This document shows positions 49,195 to 61,223 of a DNA stretch of 64,000 nt, one piece after another. Origin of the DNA: Eledone cirrhosa. Its lineage: Eukaryota. A program made the position numbers and the translations under genes. The stretch lies in contig OZ024743.1 in the NCBI GenBank assembly GCA_964016885.1, positions 155,372,001 through 155,436,000 of the forward strand, given 5' to 3'. The notes under the pieces are model-generated. The model was not told the DNA's origin. It made no database searches and saw only the letters and a program-made list of their open reading frames with translations. Each line of letters starts with the position of its first letter. Positions within the stretch are counted from its first letter, which is position 1.

Positions 49195-51556
49195 ATATTA
49201 ATAAGAGGAATTCCAACTTTGTCTGATTTACTCGTTTTATTTACAATCCTTTAAAATATATATAATGGTATTATAATGAAATAGTATGATAGAATATTAA
49301 ATTCTAAGTGTTAATTGAACAAGTACTGTCATGCTTTCGCAATCTTCAGGTTCATGATATGTGGTGACAGTCGAGTTTGCAATTTTCAACTGTAATGAGA
49401 TGGGTACATTTCCTACCTTTTATACATTTTATACAGAGAAAAGTGGCTCCAGAATGCAAAGCCCTGTAAACTGTATTTCGACCAATCAGTGTGTAGTTTC
49501 ACTGAATTACTACAGCTGATTGGTTTAAGCGTCACGGCTGGTTGAGCATGCTAACGACCAATAGTCATACCCAACGTATCAATTGTTTTGCTTTTTGAAA
49601 TGATGAAAATAGCATTTTCTATTAATCATCACCATCAACATCACTTTTATTATTATTATTATTGTTGTTGTTGTTGTTGTTAGTGGTCGTGGTCATAGTG
49701 GTAGTAGAAGTAATACCCCTAGGCGTTATTATTGTTCATTTAGATTCACAGCGCCATTTATATTAGACGCAGTTAAACTTATTCTGGAAAACAACACTTT
49801 CTTCTTCAATGGAAATAATTACATCCAAATTAGAGGCACAGCGATGGGAACGAAGTTTGCTCCCGTTTACGCGAACTCTGTAATGGGATACTTAGAACAA
49901 CAACTCTACCAAAAAATAGAGGAAAAATATAGTACTGACTTTAGAAAGTACATTGAAAAATCTTGGAAGAGATACCTTGACGACTGTTTCATCATCTGGA
50001 CAGAATCTCTAGATACTCTGGATGAGTTCAATATCCTCCTGAATAACCTACACCCATCTCTCCAATTCACAAAAGAGATGAGTAGGACCAAATTACCATT
50101 CCTAGATATAATGATAATCTAAAACGACACCACCATTACCACGGATATATATTATAAACACACAGACACCCATCAATATCGGAATTTTAAGTCGTGCCAT
50201 CCACCTCATACAAAACGCAACATCCCATACTGCCTAGCCAGAAGAATTTGTACCATTGTAGAAGATACGAATAACAGGTACAAACGCCTAACAGAACTAA
50301 GATAATTTTTGCTCAAACAAAAATACCCATCTCTACTTATAGAAAATGGCATACAGCGGGCTATAAAAATACCTATACAACAGCTTAGAACAGCCCAAGG
50401 ATGAAGAAACCAAGAACTGGTCATACCATTTATAATGACACACAACCCATGTCACCAGAATATATTCAACACTGCCAAAGCAAACCTACCGATCATTGCT
50501 CAAAGTAATGAATTAAAAGGCTTAATCACAGATTGATCTTTGACTCTTAGTAAAAGACAGCCAAAAAATGTGAAGCAATTGCTAACAAAAGCAAAGTTTG
50601 ACCTTAACAACAAAGACCAATCATTCACAGTATCTAAATGCAATGATAATCGATGCGGCACATGTCAATCCATACACGCCGGTCAATATATGAAAACTAA
50701 AACTGGAAAAATATTCCCAAATGCAAATATGAACTGCAAAAGCAGAAATCTAATTTACTGCATTAAATGCCCGATTTGTGAAGAACTATATGTCGGTCAA
50801 ACTGGAAATGTACTATCGGAACGTGTACAGGTACACCGTCAACAAATCAGAGACCTAAATGTCCCTCAGATACCCCTAAGCGGCCACCTGGCAACATGTG
50901 GTCAGGGAATATTTATAATATTCCCATTCTACAAATTACACAGCCCAAGTGAAATCAAGAGAAAAATCAAAGAAAAGAATGTTATTGATAAATTCAAACC
51001 CAAGCTAAATGAACAATAATAACGCCTAGGGGTATTACTTCTACTACCACTATGACCACGACCACTAACAACAACAACAACAACAATAATAATAATAATA
51101 ATAAAAGTGATGTTGATGGTGATGATTAATAGAAAATGCTATTTTCATCATTTCAAAAAGCAAAACAATTGATACGTTGGGTATGACTATTGGTCGTTAG
51201 CATGCTCAACCAGCCGTGACGCTTAAACCAATCAGCTGTAGTAATTCAGTGAAACTACACACTGATTGGTCGAAATACAGTTTACAGGGCTTTGCATTCT
51301 GGAGCCACTTTTCTCTGTATAAAATGTATAAAAGGTAGGAAATTTACCCATCTCATTACAGTTGAAAATTGCAAACTCGACTGTCACCACATATCATGAA
51401 CCTGAAGATTGCGAAAGCATGAAAATACTTGTTCAATTAACACTTAGAATTTAATATTCTATCATACTATTTCATTATAATACCATTATATATATTTTAA
51501 AGGATTGTAAATAAAACTAGTAAATCAGACAAAGTTGGAATTCCTCCTATTAATAT
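49195..51556 (+). mobile_element. 5'-truncated Neptune-type Penelope-like element with ~550-bp inverted pLTR
   Basis: RT: MGTKFAPVYAN, WKRYLDDCF, LPFLD, SCHPPH. Linker CNDNRCGTC. GIY-YIG NLIYCIKCPICEELYVGQT..H..H (CCHH). 49195-49743 is a near-perfect reverse complement of 51005-51556. Confidence 0.92.
51397..51435 (+). ncRNA. Minimal type-I HHR motif (mirror copy 49316-49354, minus strand)
   Basis: UGAAC-CUGAAGA-U-UGC-GAAA-GCA-U-GAAA(A/G)UACUU-GUUCA. The two-copy consensus has palindromic AAGUACUU. Confidence 0.75.
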
Positions 51557-52104
51557 AATCTTCTATACACAATCATACACATCCGTGTATATTTACCTAT
51601 CTATATCTATATATACATATATATATATACATATATATGTGTGTGTGTGTGTGTGTGTATGTGTGTGTGTTGTGCGTGTGTGTGTTTCTCTGTGTGTGTA
51701 TTAATATATAAGGGAACAAAGAATAAGTGTTTCATAATATACATATTTAATTACATATTGTATATGTTCCTCTATCGATCTGCTCGAGGAACGAACTATT
51801 GATGATCGAACATAACTCTGGATTCGGAGGTTCCTCAGATATATTTTAACTTGTAGACTTATGTTTGAGAATGGTTGAAGATAATCCCTATTCCTTTTTA
51901 TATGCTACCACAAATTCTGTCATAGGGAAGTGTCACCGTATTCAAGTGTTGATTTGTTTTCGGGCAGATCACAGCTGGCTGAATCCTATAAGTTAGCGGG
52001 TATTAACACCCTATATATATGGTCAAATTATCTTACTTATCCCAGTGTGTCAACCCATCTGCCTGATGTCCGCTGCGATATTGTTTGACACACACACGAA
52101 TATA

Positions 52105-52164
<60 letters not shown>

Positions 52165-52304
52165 TAAATGGAAATGAATGAAACGAAATTTCATTTCTCA
52201 CTTTTAGTACGGCTGATACCTAAGTATAAGTATGTATGCATACATATATATATATATGTGTACAGACGTACAGTCGTCTGTATATATATATACATACATG
52301 CATG

Positions 52305-52387
<83 letters not shown>

Positions 52388-52786
52388 GTATGGGTTTACC
52401 GAACATATATTATTATGTTCGGTTTATTTGTAAACAACCAGCCCGAATTAAGCCGTACAGTGCTCGGCAACCATTGTTCAACACTGACACAGGAACGATG
52501 TACTAGTTTCAAGCTTATTAGCTATCGTCAGCATTGTATACCTTTCTGTCAGATGAATGAAAATTTGAAAGTATATACTTTCCTCATGCATATTAACGGC
52601 TGAGTACCCTAATTTGCATATCAAGTGAGTTAGTCGGCCGGGCGCACCGTAAACAATAAATGGAAAAGAATGAAACGAAATTTCATTTCTCACTCTTCGT
52701 ACGGCTGATACCTAAATAAAAGTAAGTATAAGTACATACATATATGTGTACAGACGTACAGTAGTATGTTTATATATACATACATG

Positions 52787-52851
<65 letters not shown>

Positions 52852-53121
52852 ACGTATGGCTTTACCGAACATTTATTATAATGTTCGGTTTGTTTGTAAA
52901 CAAACAGCCCGAATTACGCCGTACAGTGCACGGCAACCGTCGTTGCACTTTTGCTCAACACTGAAACAAGAACGATGTACTAGTTGCAAGCTTGTTAGCT
53001 ATCGTCAGCATCGTATACCTTTCTGTCAGATGATTGAACATTTGAAAGTATATACTTTCCTTATGCATATTAGCGGCTGAGCAGCCTGGATATCGAGTGA
53101 GTTTGTCTGCCGGGCGCACCG
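52165..53121. repeat. Tandem duplication (~492-bp period) with internal CA/TA microsatellite and hairpins
   Basis: taaatggaaa.gaatgaaacgaaatttcatttctcac at 52165 and 52657. Confidence 0.9.
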
Positions 53122-53396
53122 AACGTTATACGGTGCTAACGGTAGCTAATATGCCTGAAACTAGTACATCGTAAAATAGCTAATATGCTTGAAACGTGTA
53201 CATCCATAAAAATTGTTTTCAAAAATGAATTGTCCCTCTTTTTTTTAATAACACCATCTTTTTAATAACACTATCTTTTCAATAATGTTACTTTGATGAA
53301 TCAAAAACAAAAACAGACCCTTAACCATATCGCCCGTGCTATTTCCAACTTCATCTTTTCTCTATACGCACTGTTCTGTATAGAACCTTACTTCTC

Positions 53397-53495
<99 letters not shown>

Positions 53496-53899
53496 ATAGA
53501 AATATATATTTAATTCGACACTAAGTTACACAAATACAGCGTTCCCAGTAGTAGAAGGAGTATGTTTATTAAGTACAACAGAGACATTCATGCGTAAACT
53601 AAAGGAATTTACAATTTAATACACGGACGATATGTGGTTCTGGCCGGTAGAGTTGGCAGGTTATTTCGTAAACTAGGATTGGCCACGCACTGTTAACGGG
53701 ATCGGCTGTGAATTGATTAAACATATACGATTGTGGTAGCCAAATGTTATTTGTCCTAACAGCTCAATTTAACGCTCTAATAAAGGCTGGAGTCTTCTAT
53801 CTAGTGTTTTATGGCTATTTTAGGTTATAAAATGACATGAAGTCAGTGCATGTCATATGTTGTTGCGTTTATTCTTTATGGTTATTTAGATAAAGGATG

Positions 53900-55175
53900 A
53901 ATTTAGTACCTTTTTACTGTCGTCAGTATGTACGTAACAGATGCTATAAATATATAATTCCGTCTGCCAAATTAGGTTTATATATGTTTAAATAGTTTGT
54001 TTAATGGATCGAATCAGATCTATAATAGGAAAATGTATTTAAAATTGTGTCTAAAATTGAAAACGTTTTCATGTTTTCCGATGATTATGTAATACTGTTA
54101 TAGAATACATAAGTTGCAGAAACTTATATTTTCATTATATGGGTTCGCGTCCCCAGTATAGACCAAAAAGAGGTGCTACTTAGATCCACTTTCATCTAGT
54201 TCTCGGATTTTGCTTCCTCGCTTAATTGAGTCTCTAAATTTCTAGATTCTTCCAATTCCGTTTGTGGGTGCTGATTATGCATTGATACACTAAAGTACTG
54301 CTCAAACACTTAGTTTGTAGAGGGCATTTATCCGGTTGAGGACAGTTACAGTTCACAAACTTTCTAGTTAAATGGGCCAAACTACCGTAGCGTTGTGAGG
54401 TAGATTAGGTTTTGAAAGAAATGTGACTCTGCCGCCCGTTCCCTCTGCCCTAGGTTGGTTTATTCGTTGTGAGTATCCTATTGGGTTAAATATATTTTTA
54501 GAGTCTATGCTAGTGTTGTGTATATTATCGCACATTGATAAGCGCTTTTAGTTAAGTATGTTCATATACCCATCATGATTCATCTCAGTTCAGTGCGATA
54601 ATCTGATGGTTTTTCTATTAGATATTTTAAGATACTTGTGTGATTTTTGGAAGGGCTTATTTATTAGTTTGATGAATACTAAGAGTAGTTTAGTTTGAAT
54701 TGCAGGAATGATCTACTCCTAGGTTTTCTTGTCACGTTACAATATCGGGCTCCCATCTGAGGCGTATAAGAGATTATATCACCTTGCCGCATATCCCTAT
54801 GAGGTGAGTATTTTAACAAATATTTACAGAGTCATTGCTACAACTAGTCCTACGGAGTGGAATGTATCTACTCATCTTGCTTTCGCTTATATTTTCTAAC
54901 GCATTCTTTTGACAAGCCCTACGGAAAGTACTATTACAATACTCAGCGTGCTCCTTAATTATTTCGAGGGACGATGATAGGTGGGAAATTCTGACAGATA
55001 TGTTCCGAATTTATTTATTTAATTATAAATGGGGATGTTTGGACTGATAGCTAATGCATGATATGTTCTCATTATTCTTATAGAAGGCATCTATTAATCC
55101 AGAGTTGAGATTGAACGGAAGATCCAAGAAGTTAACCTCCCTGAAATTGTGCTCGAATGTTATTGCTACTCCTAT
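53900..55175 (-). mobile_element. Highly decayed Hydra-type PLE remnant
   Basis: Minus strand ~54300-54353 encodes NCNCPQPDKCPLQTKCLSS. VNFLDLPFNLNSGL and SPNIP.IIIK-like remnants at ~55020-55140. Confidence 0.6.
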
Positions 55176-55222
55176 TCCACCTTAGAATGCTCCTCCCCGC
55201 CTCTCTCTCTCTCTCTCTCTCC

Positions 55223-55271
<49 letters not shown>

Positions 55272-55274
<3 letters not shown>

Positions 55275-55641
55275 GATATTAAATAAATGGAAACTATATT
55301 TATAAAACCATATCTATTTCATTATATATATTTCAGGGATATCATATTAACAATATGTTATGCCTTCCTCAGACAAAATACAATATAGACAGTTTTATAG
55401 ATAAATAGATTTGACATACCGTTCAACATCGACTTGTATTTGAAAAGTTGATTTGCCAAATCAACTTTTTCAAATACAAGTCGATGTTGAACGGTATGTC
55501 AAATCTATTTATCTATAAAACTGTCTATATTGTATTTTGTCTGAGGAAGGCATAACATATTGTTAATATGATATCCCTGAAATATATATAATGAAATAGA
55601 TATGGTTTTATAAATATAGTTTCCATTTATTTAATATCGTA
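55272..55641. repeat. Near-perfect 370-bp palindrome, each arm containing an intact HHR motif
   Basis: ~185-bp arms around ttgccaa at ~55457; the only difference I found is one indel in an A/T run near the centre. Confidence 0.92.
55534..55597 (+). ncRNA. Type-I HHR motif, canonical core (identical mirror copy at ~55316-55379, minus strand)
   Basis: AUUUUGU-CUGAGGA-AGG..CCU-GAAAU-AUAU-AUA-AUGAAAU; 7-bp stem I with two GU pairs; palindromic stem III loop. Confidence 0.8.
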
Positions 55642-55725
55642 AATATACTCCAAATACTTGTTGAGTGCTTTTATATCAGTTATAAATATTTACTAGTTGT
55701 AACCCAATAATTTAAATATAACTTT

Positions 55726-55784
<59 letters not shown>

Positions 55785-55785
<1 letters not shown>

Positions 55786-55814
55786 TAGCTGAATTACCCA
55801 CCGTTGCCCGGGTT
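55785..55814 (-). mobile_element. Probable Helitron 3' terminus
   Basis: Minus strand: GC-rich imperfect hairpin cccgggcaacggtggg, then ~8 nt, then CTAG followed by T, as at typical Helitron 3' ends. Confidence 0.5.
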
Positions 55815-56394
55815 ACTGCCGTTTTTATTCAGATTAATGAACAATAATATTTAAGATTTTTTTTTTCTCATTTATTATTTCAAAATGTCTGTATTTTGTT
55901 TTAAAAATATCAAAATTGTAATCATAATACAATTTAGAAATGAAGATATGTCTATCTTGAAGCACCGTAGGGTAAACACTATTCATTGTGTAATTCTTTG
56001 TTGGTGTGCGAATGAATAAATTGCTGCTACACACTCACACACATACACTCACACAGCCATATATTCACACGCATATATTGTTCACCTCATTTGTTTGACA
56101 GTCGCTACATATGTGTAGATGTGTTTGTGTATTTAATAACGTACGTAATGAATGTATACACACACTGACAGACACATACAGGCTCACATACAGGCTCACA
56201 TACACTCACACACACTCTCACATACACTCACATACATATAACTAAGACAGACACACACAGATATACGTTCACGCACACCTGTCTGTTATCACATATGTAT
56301 CTGCATGTGTATATGTGTGCGTTTGTTCAATTCTCTGAGGCCTAACTTATGTAACGAACTCGCACACACACATAAACATTCATATACAATGTCA

Positions 56395-59300
56395 CGTCAT
56401 CCCGATAATTACGAAAAGTACCCGATAATTACACTGTAATTCACTTGCACGACATTTCTGCCCCTCTGCAAGGCGCACGCATCTTTTCAAAGATAGATTT
56501 GGTGCGTACATATAACCAGATACCTATGGAGCCTGCAGATATTCCAAAGACCGCAATCACAACACCGTTCGGTTTATTTGAATTCCTGCGTATGCCGTTC
56601 GGTCTGCGCAACGCTGCACACACTTTTCAGGGGTTTATTGACACCGTGTTACGTGACCTACCCTTCGTATACGCGTATATTGACGACGTGCTGGTAGCAA
56701 GTACTTCCGAGCAAGAACACGAGAAGCACTTAGATCTCTTTTTCCAACGTTTTTCTGAGTACGGTATCACCATCAACCCCAGCAAGTGCCTTCTCGGCGT
56801 TCCTTCACTGTCCTTTCTCGGGCACATCATTGATAACGACGGCATTCGTCCACTTCCCGAGAAAGTAGAAGCTATCCGCAGTTTCCCCGCACCTACATGA
56901 TTTCGGAAACTTCCTGAATTCCTCGGTTTGGAGAATTTTTATAGGCGTTTCATCCCTCATTGTTCCGACGCAGCCAGACTCATCACGGACCTTCTTCGTA
57001 ACCGGACTCGCAAAAAAGAAGAGATCACTCTAAACGAGGAAGAATTAACATCTTTTAACTGCCTGAAGGAAATGTTGGCAAACGCTTCCATGCTCGTTTT
57101 CCACATGTCTAGCGCTCCTCTTTCGCTGCTAGAGGACGCATCAGACAGGGGGGTTGGAGGCGTTTTACAACAACATGTCGACGGCGTGTGGCAACCCTTA
57201 TCCTTCTTTTCTAAACGTTTGCAACCGGCAGAAACGAAATACAGTACCTTTGGCCGCGAACTCTTGGCAACCTATCTTTTGGTTAAGCATTTCCGGCACA
57301 TACACGAAGGATCAGATTTCGTGATCTACATGGACCATAAACCACTAATTTATGCGTTCCGTACCAAACCTGATCGACATTCACCGAGAGAACTCCGACA
57401 ACTGGATTTTGTCTCCCAATATTCAACTGATATTCGGCATATCAAGAGATCAGACAACGTAGCAGCCGACGCACTGTCCCGAATCCAGCTGAACGCAATA
57501 CATGTGCATTCAGGCATCGACCTACAACAGATCGTAGCTGACCAAGAGACTGACGAAGAGTTTATCAAGCTCCGAGATTCGCATCCCTCAAAGTTTCAGC
57601 AAGTTCCCATTCCTTCTTCTCCGGGACAAATTTGGTGCGACCTTTCTACCGGTCATGAACGACCGTACGTACCACAGATGCATCGTCGACAAGTTTTTTT
57701 CTGCTTTACACTGTTTGTCTCACCCGGGAATCCGGGCTACACAGAAACTCATCTCTGCTCGTTTTGTGTGGACTAACATTAACGAGGACGTGCGCAACTG
57801 ATCCAGGAGCTGCATTCCCTGCCAGAAAGCCAAAGTCCACAGACACATCAAAACTCCACTCGACACATTCGCGCAACCTGATGCACGTTTTCATCATTTG
57901 CATATCGACATCGCCGGATCTCTACCACCATCACAGAACTACACACACTTGCTCACCTGCATAGATCAATTTTCCAGTTGGCCTGAGGCTTTTCCCATAA
58001 ATAATACCTCAGCGGAAACAGTCGCTAGAACTTTGGTTTTACACTGGGTATCACGTTATGGCGCCCCATCGAAGATAACAACGGACAAAGTACACCAATT
58101 TGACTCCCACCTTTTCAGGGAACTGACTCGCCTTTTAGGATGTAAACACATCTGCACGACAGCTTATCACCCGCAAGCTAATGGTCTCCTGGAAAGATTC
58201 CATCGTCAATTGAAAGCTGCAATAAAAGCATATCCAGACAAGACCCACTGGTTTGAATATCTGCCACTAATCCTTCTGGGCATTCGACCCACCGTTAAGG
58301 AGGAATTCGGACACACACCTGCAGAATTAGTGTACGACATCACTCTGGTTCTACCTGGTCAGGTGGTTGCTCCCATCTCTCCTCAGGATGTTCCAGACCC
58401 AGGATCATACGTACACCGTCTTTGACAATATATGTTTCACCTTGATCCTGCAACCACCCGTCAACAGAGCACAGCCACACACGTACCTTCAGACATTAAA
58501 TATTGGACACACGTTCTCGTTCGAAACGAGACCATCTCAGCTCATCTTCGAGCTCAATATTCTGGCCTTTATCGTGTTGTAAAAAAATGTCCGAAATATT
58601 TTATTCTCGATCTAGATGGTAAACAGAATTCTGTGAGCGTGGACAGATTAAAAAAAAGCCATCATGGACACTGTTACAATCTCTACACCAGAAACTCCAA
58701 CATATTGCTGTCCCAGCAAGCCACCTGTTTCAAGTCACAAGAAGTGGACGACGTGTCCATTGGCCCGCCAAGTTGGCACAATATGTGAATTACCGTTAAC
58801 CTCAAGGGCGTTTCTTCATCATTCTTCTTGCAAAACATTCCCATTTCCGTTGTGTTTACTATTTCCAGTTTCAAATACAATGAACTTTCTGCTTGAACAA
58901 TTGCAATTTTTAGTGACCATGTGCTCATGTAACGAAGAACATGATTTATTATGAACATTATCTATTATAAACACTATTTAAGAACAAACATTGTGTATAG
59001 CATTGTGTATAGCATTTTTCTTCTTCTCTCTCTTGTTTGCAAACATTTTTATTTTTATTGATTGTGTAATTGCCATCATTTTTATATACATACAAGGCGT
59101 GTACATATTCTGTTTTTCATGCACACTACAAAACCACGTTTGGTTCAACTTTTGGTTCATACACTGAGTAATAGATATTTGTGTCCCTCTAACACTTACA
59201 CTACAAAATGTTTTCTCTTTGATCACGCATTTCACAAATCGCATTCTCAAAACACTGGCCTTTTGTTTCACGTACACATTCACTCAAGAGCTCGAGAATG

Positions 59301-60187
59301 CCTCGCTATGTTTCTTAACACATGCATTCGCTCAAATCATATGATGTGGAGCAAACTGTTACTTTTAGACAGCATGCTTATTGCCATTCAATTCACACAT
59401 TACGGTTATCTTCATTGCCCAGTTAGACTTTTTGTCACGCAATTCACAGGCAGCTCAACCCAAATTCAACAGGCTCATTCATCACACCTGCATAAATCTG
59501 GTCAAAGTCATTTTATAGTTTATTTCTTTTTTCTCTTCCTGAAACACACATCTTGCCATATCATCTTTACATCGACTCTGTCCTATACTCGATGATCACA
59601 AAATTTCACAACGTGCTGGCTATTGCCATGACAAATGCACCACTGGCCCATTACTATACGATATTTCGCTCTTTTGTTGTACAAAAGATGTGGCAGGGGG
59701 CTAATGTACAGCCACCGGAAATAACATCTGTGAAATATACAGCTCCATCTATCTCTTAGCTAGCTACCTCACCTTGAAACAATAACCCTTAGAATCCACC
59801 AGAATAAACGCCTACGCAGCGCCTAAACATTAAAACGATTATTTCTGTATAAATAGAGTGGTCCCAAACACTTTCGCGAGTCGACTTTGGCAGAGTCAAC
59901 CTGCGTATCGGTGTCCCTATACTCTGCCACGCTTGTCACTCACACACGCCTTGTACCCTGCATCGTTGCTTCATGTGAAAATAAATAGCTAATCGAAATT
60001 ACATCCCTCGCCTTGCTTCGTCCTTTCAACTTGTGCTTTCGTCTGTTCATCCTTACCGTATGTGACAACAGTTCTTTTAAGGGCTATCTTCAGATACGAT
60101 CAGACCGTATGCAATAACAGTCCTTTTAAGGAATATTCTCGGATCTGATCGGAAGTAGTGACCAGACTGACTAACCATGTCGCTACA
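56395..60187 (+). mobile_element. 5'-truncated Ty3/Gypsy LTR retrotransposon (RT-RNase H-integrase, frameshifted) with 3' LTR
   Basis: [83 protein letters not shown]-like SGLYRVV. Confidence 0.93.
59705..60187 (+). repeat. Gypsy 3' LTR
   Basis: Purine tract ggcagggggc just upstream; TGTA...TACA termini; TATA-like tataaata at ~59848 and aataaa at ~59980. Confidence 0.75.
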
Positions 60188-60204
60188 TATATATATATAT
60201 ATCG

Positions 60205-60299
<95 letters not shown>

Positions 60300-60326
60300 T
60301 AGAGAAAGAGAGAGAGATAGAGAGAA

Positions 60327-60360
<34 letters not shown>

Positions 60361-60447
60361 GAGTGACATTGAAAAGATGAAAGCCATCACTATACCCGTT
60401 TTTTTAATTACCCACCAGAAAAACCCATGACACACAATCAAACTAAG

Positions 60448-60516
<69 letters not shown>

Positions 60517-60600
60517 CCCACTACCGAACCAAACATATATATACTTATATATCACAGAAAAAAGAGACTCAGTGTTGCGACAAAAGGAATTTATTTGTAA

Positions 60601-60720
60601 TAATTGTTTCTACGTTAGGCACAAGGCCAGCAATTACCCAGTGCATTACTGGTACTTTATTTTATCGACCCCGTAAGGATGAAAGGCAAAGTCAACCTCG
60701 GCGGGATTTGAACTCAGAAT
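60601..60720 (-). mobile_element. 5'-truncated SINE with 18-bp TSD
   Basis: gaatttatttgtaataat at 60587-60604 and 60717-60734. Confidence 0.92.
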
Positions 60721-61223
60721 TTATTTGTAATAATACAAATGTTTCTCGGGCGATCAGCTCGATGCACGATCGATATGGTGATCATACCTCACTCTGAAAT
60801 CTACACGGTCGTCAGACATGTTTCGATTCTACGAAGCACATTTTCCTATAGTCCTTTGGCATCGAATCTCTTCGTTTATTGTTGTTGTCATTCTATGACT
60901 GGTCAAGAATTGTACACGTCATCGGTATTTCTAGCCACTCATGTTTGCCCACTTCCTGCTTCCCCTCGTTCTGCACCTGTCAATCAAAATTGCTTAATGG
61001 ATCAGTATTACTACTGTGGTGGGAGACGGGTTGTAATGTTGAACGGCTGGCATCACTTCGTCGTCTTCATTGCCACGAGGCGCCCTAGGCTACGCCGATC
61101 AATTACACACCCGCAATTATGCTGTATGCGCCATTCATCATGAATCATGTATTGAGGGTAATTAAAAAAAAAAAAAATCATGGGGATATTTAGCCTAACA
61201 TTAGTAGGACACAGCGTTAGTAT

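Noticed and set aside
52545-52585. CAGATGA...GAAAGTATATACTT hammerhead-like string in the 492-bp repeat
   Set aside because: The core is CAGA in both units and no stem I pairing exists.
61080-61100. ctaggctacgccga resembling the missing hAT terminal inverted repeat
   Set aside because: It lies outside the 61224 terminus, is imperfect and has no 8-bp TSD.
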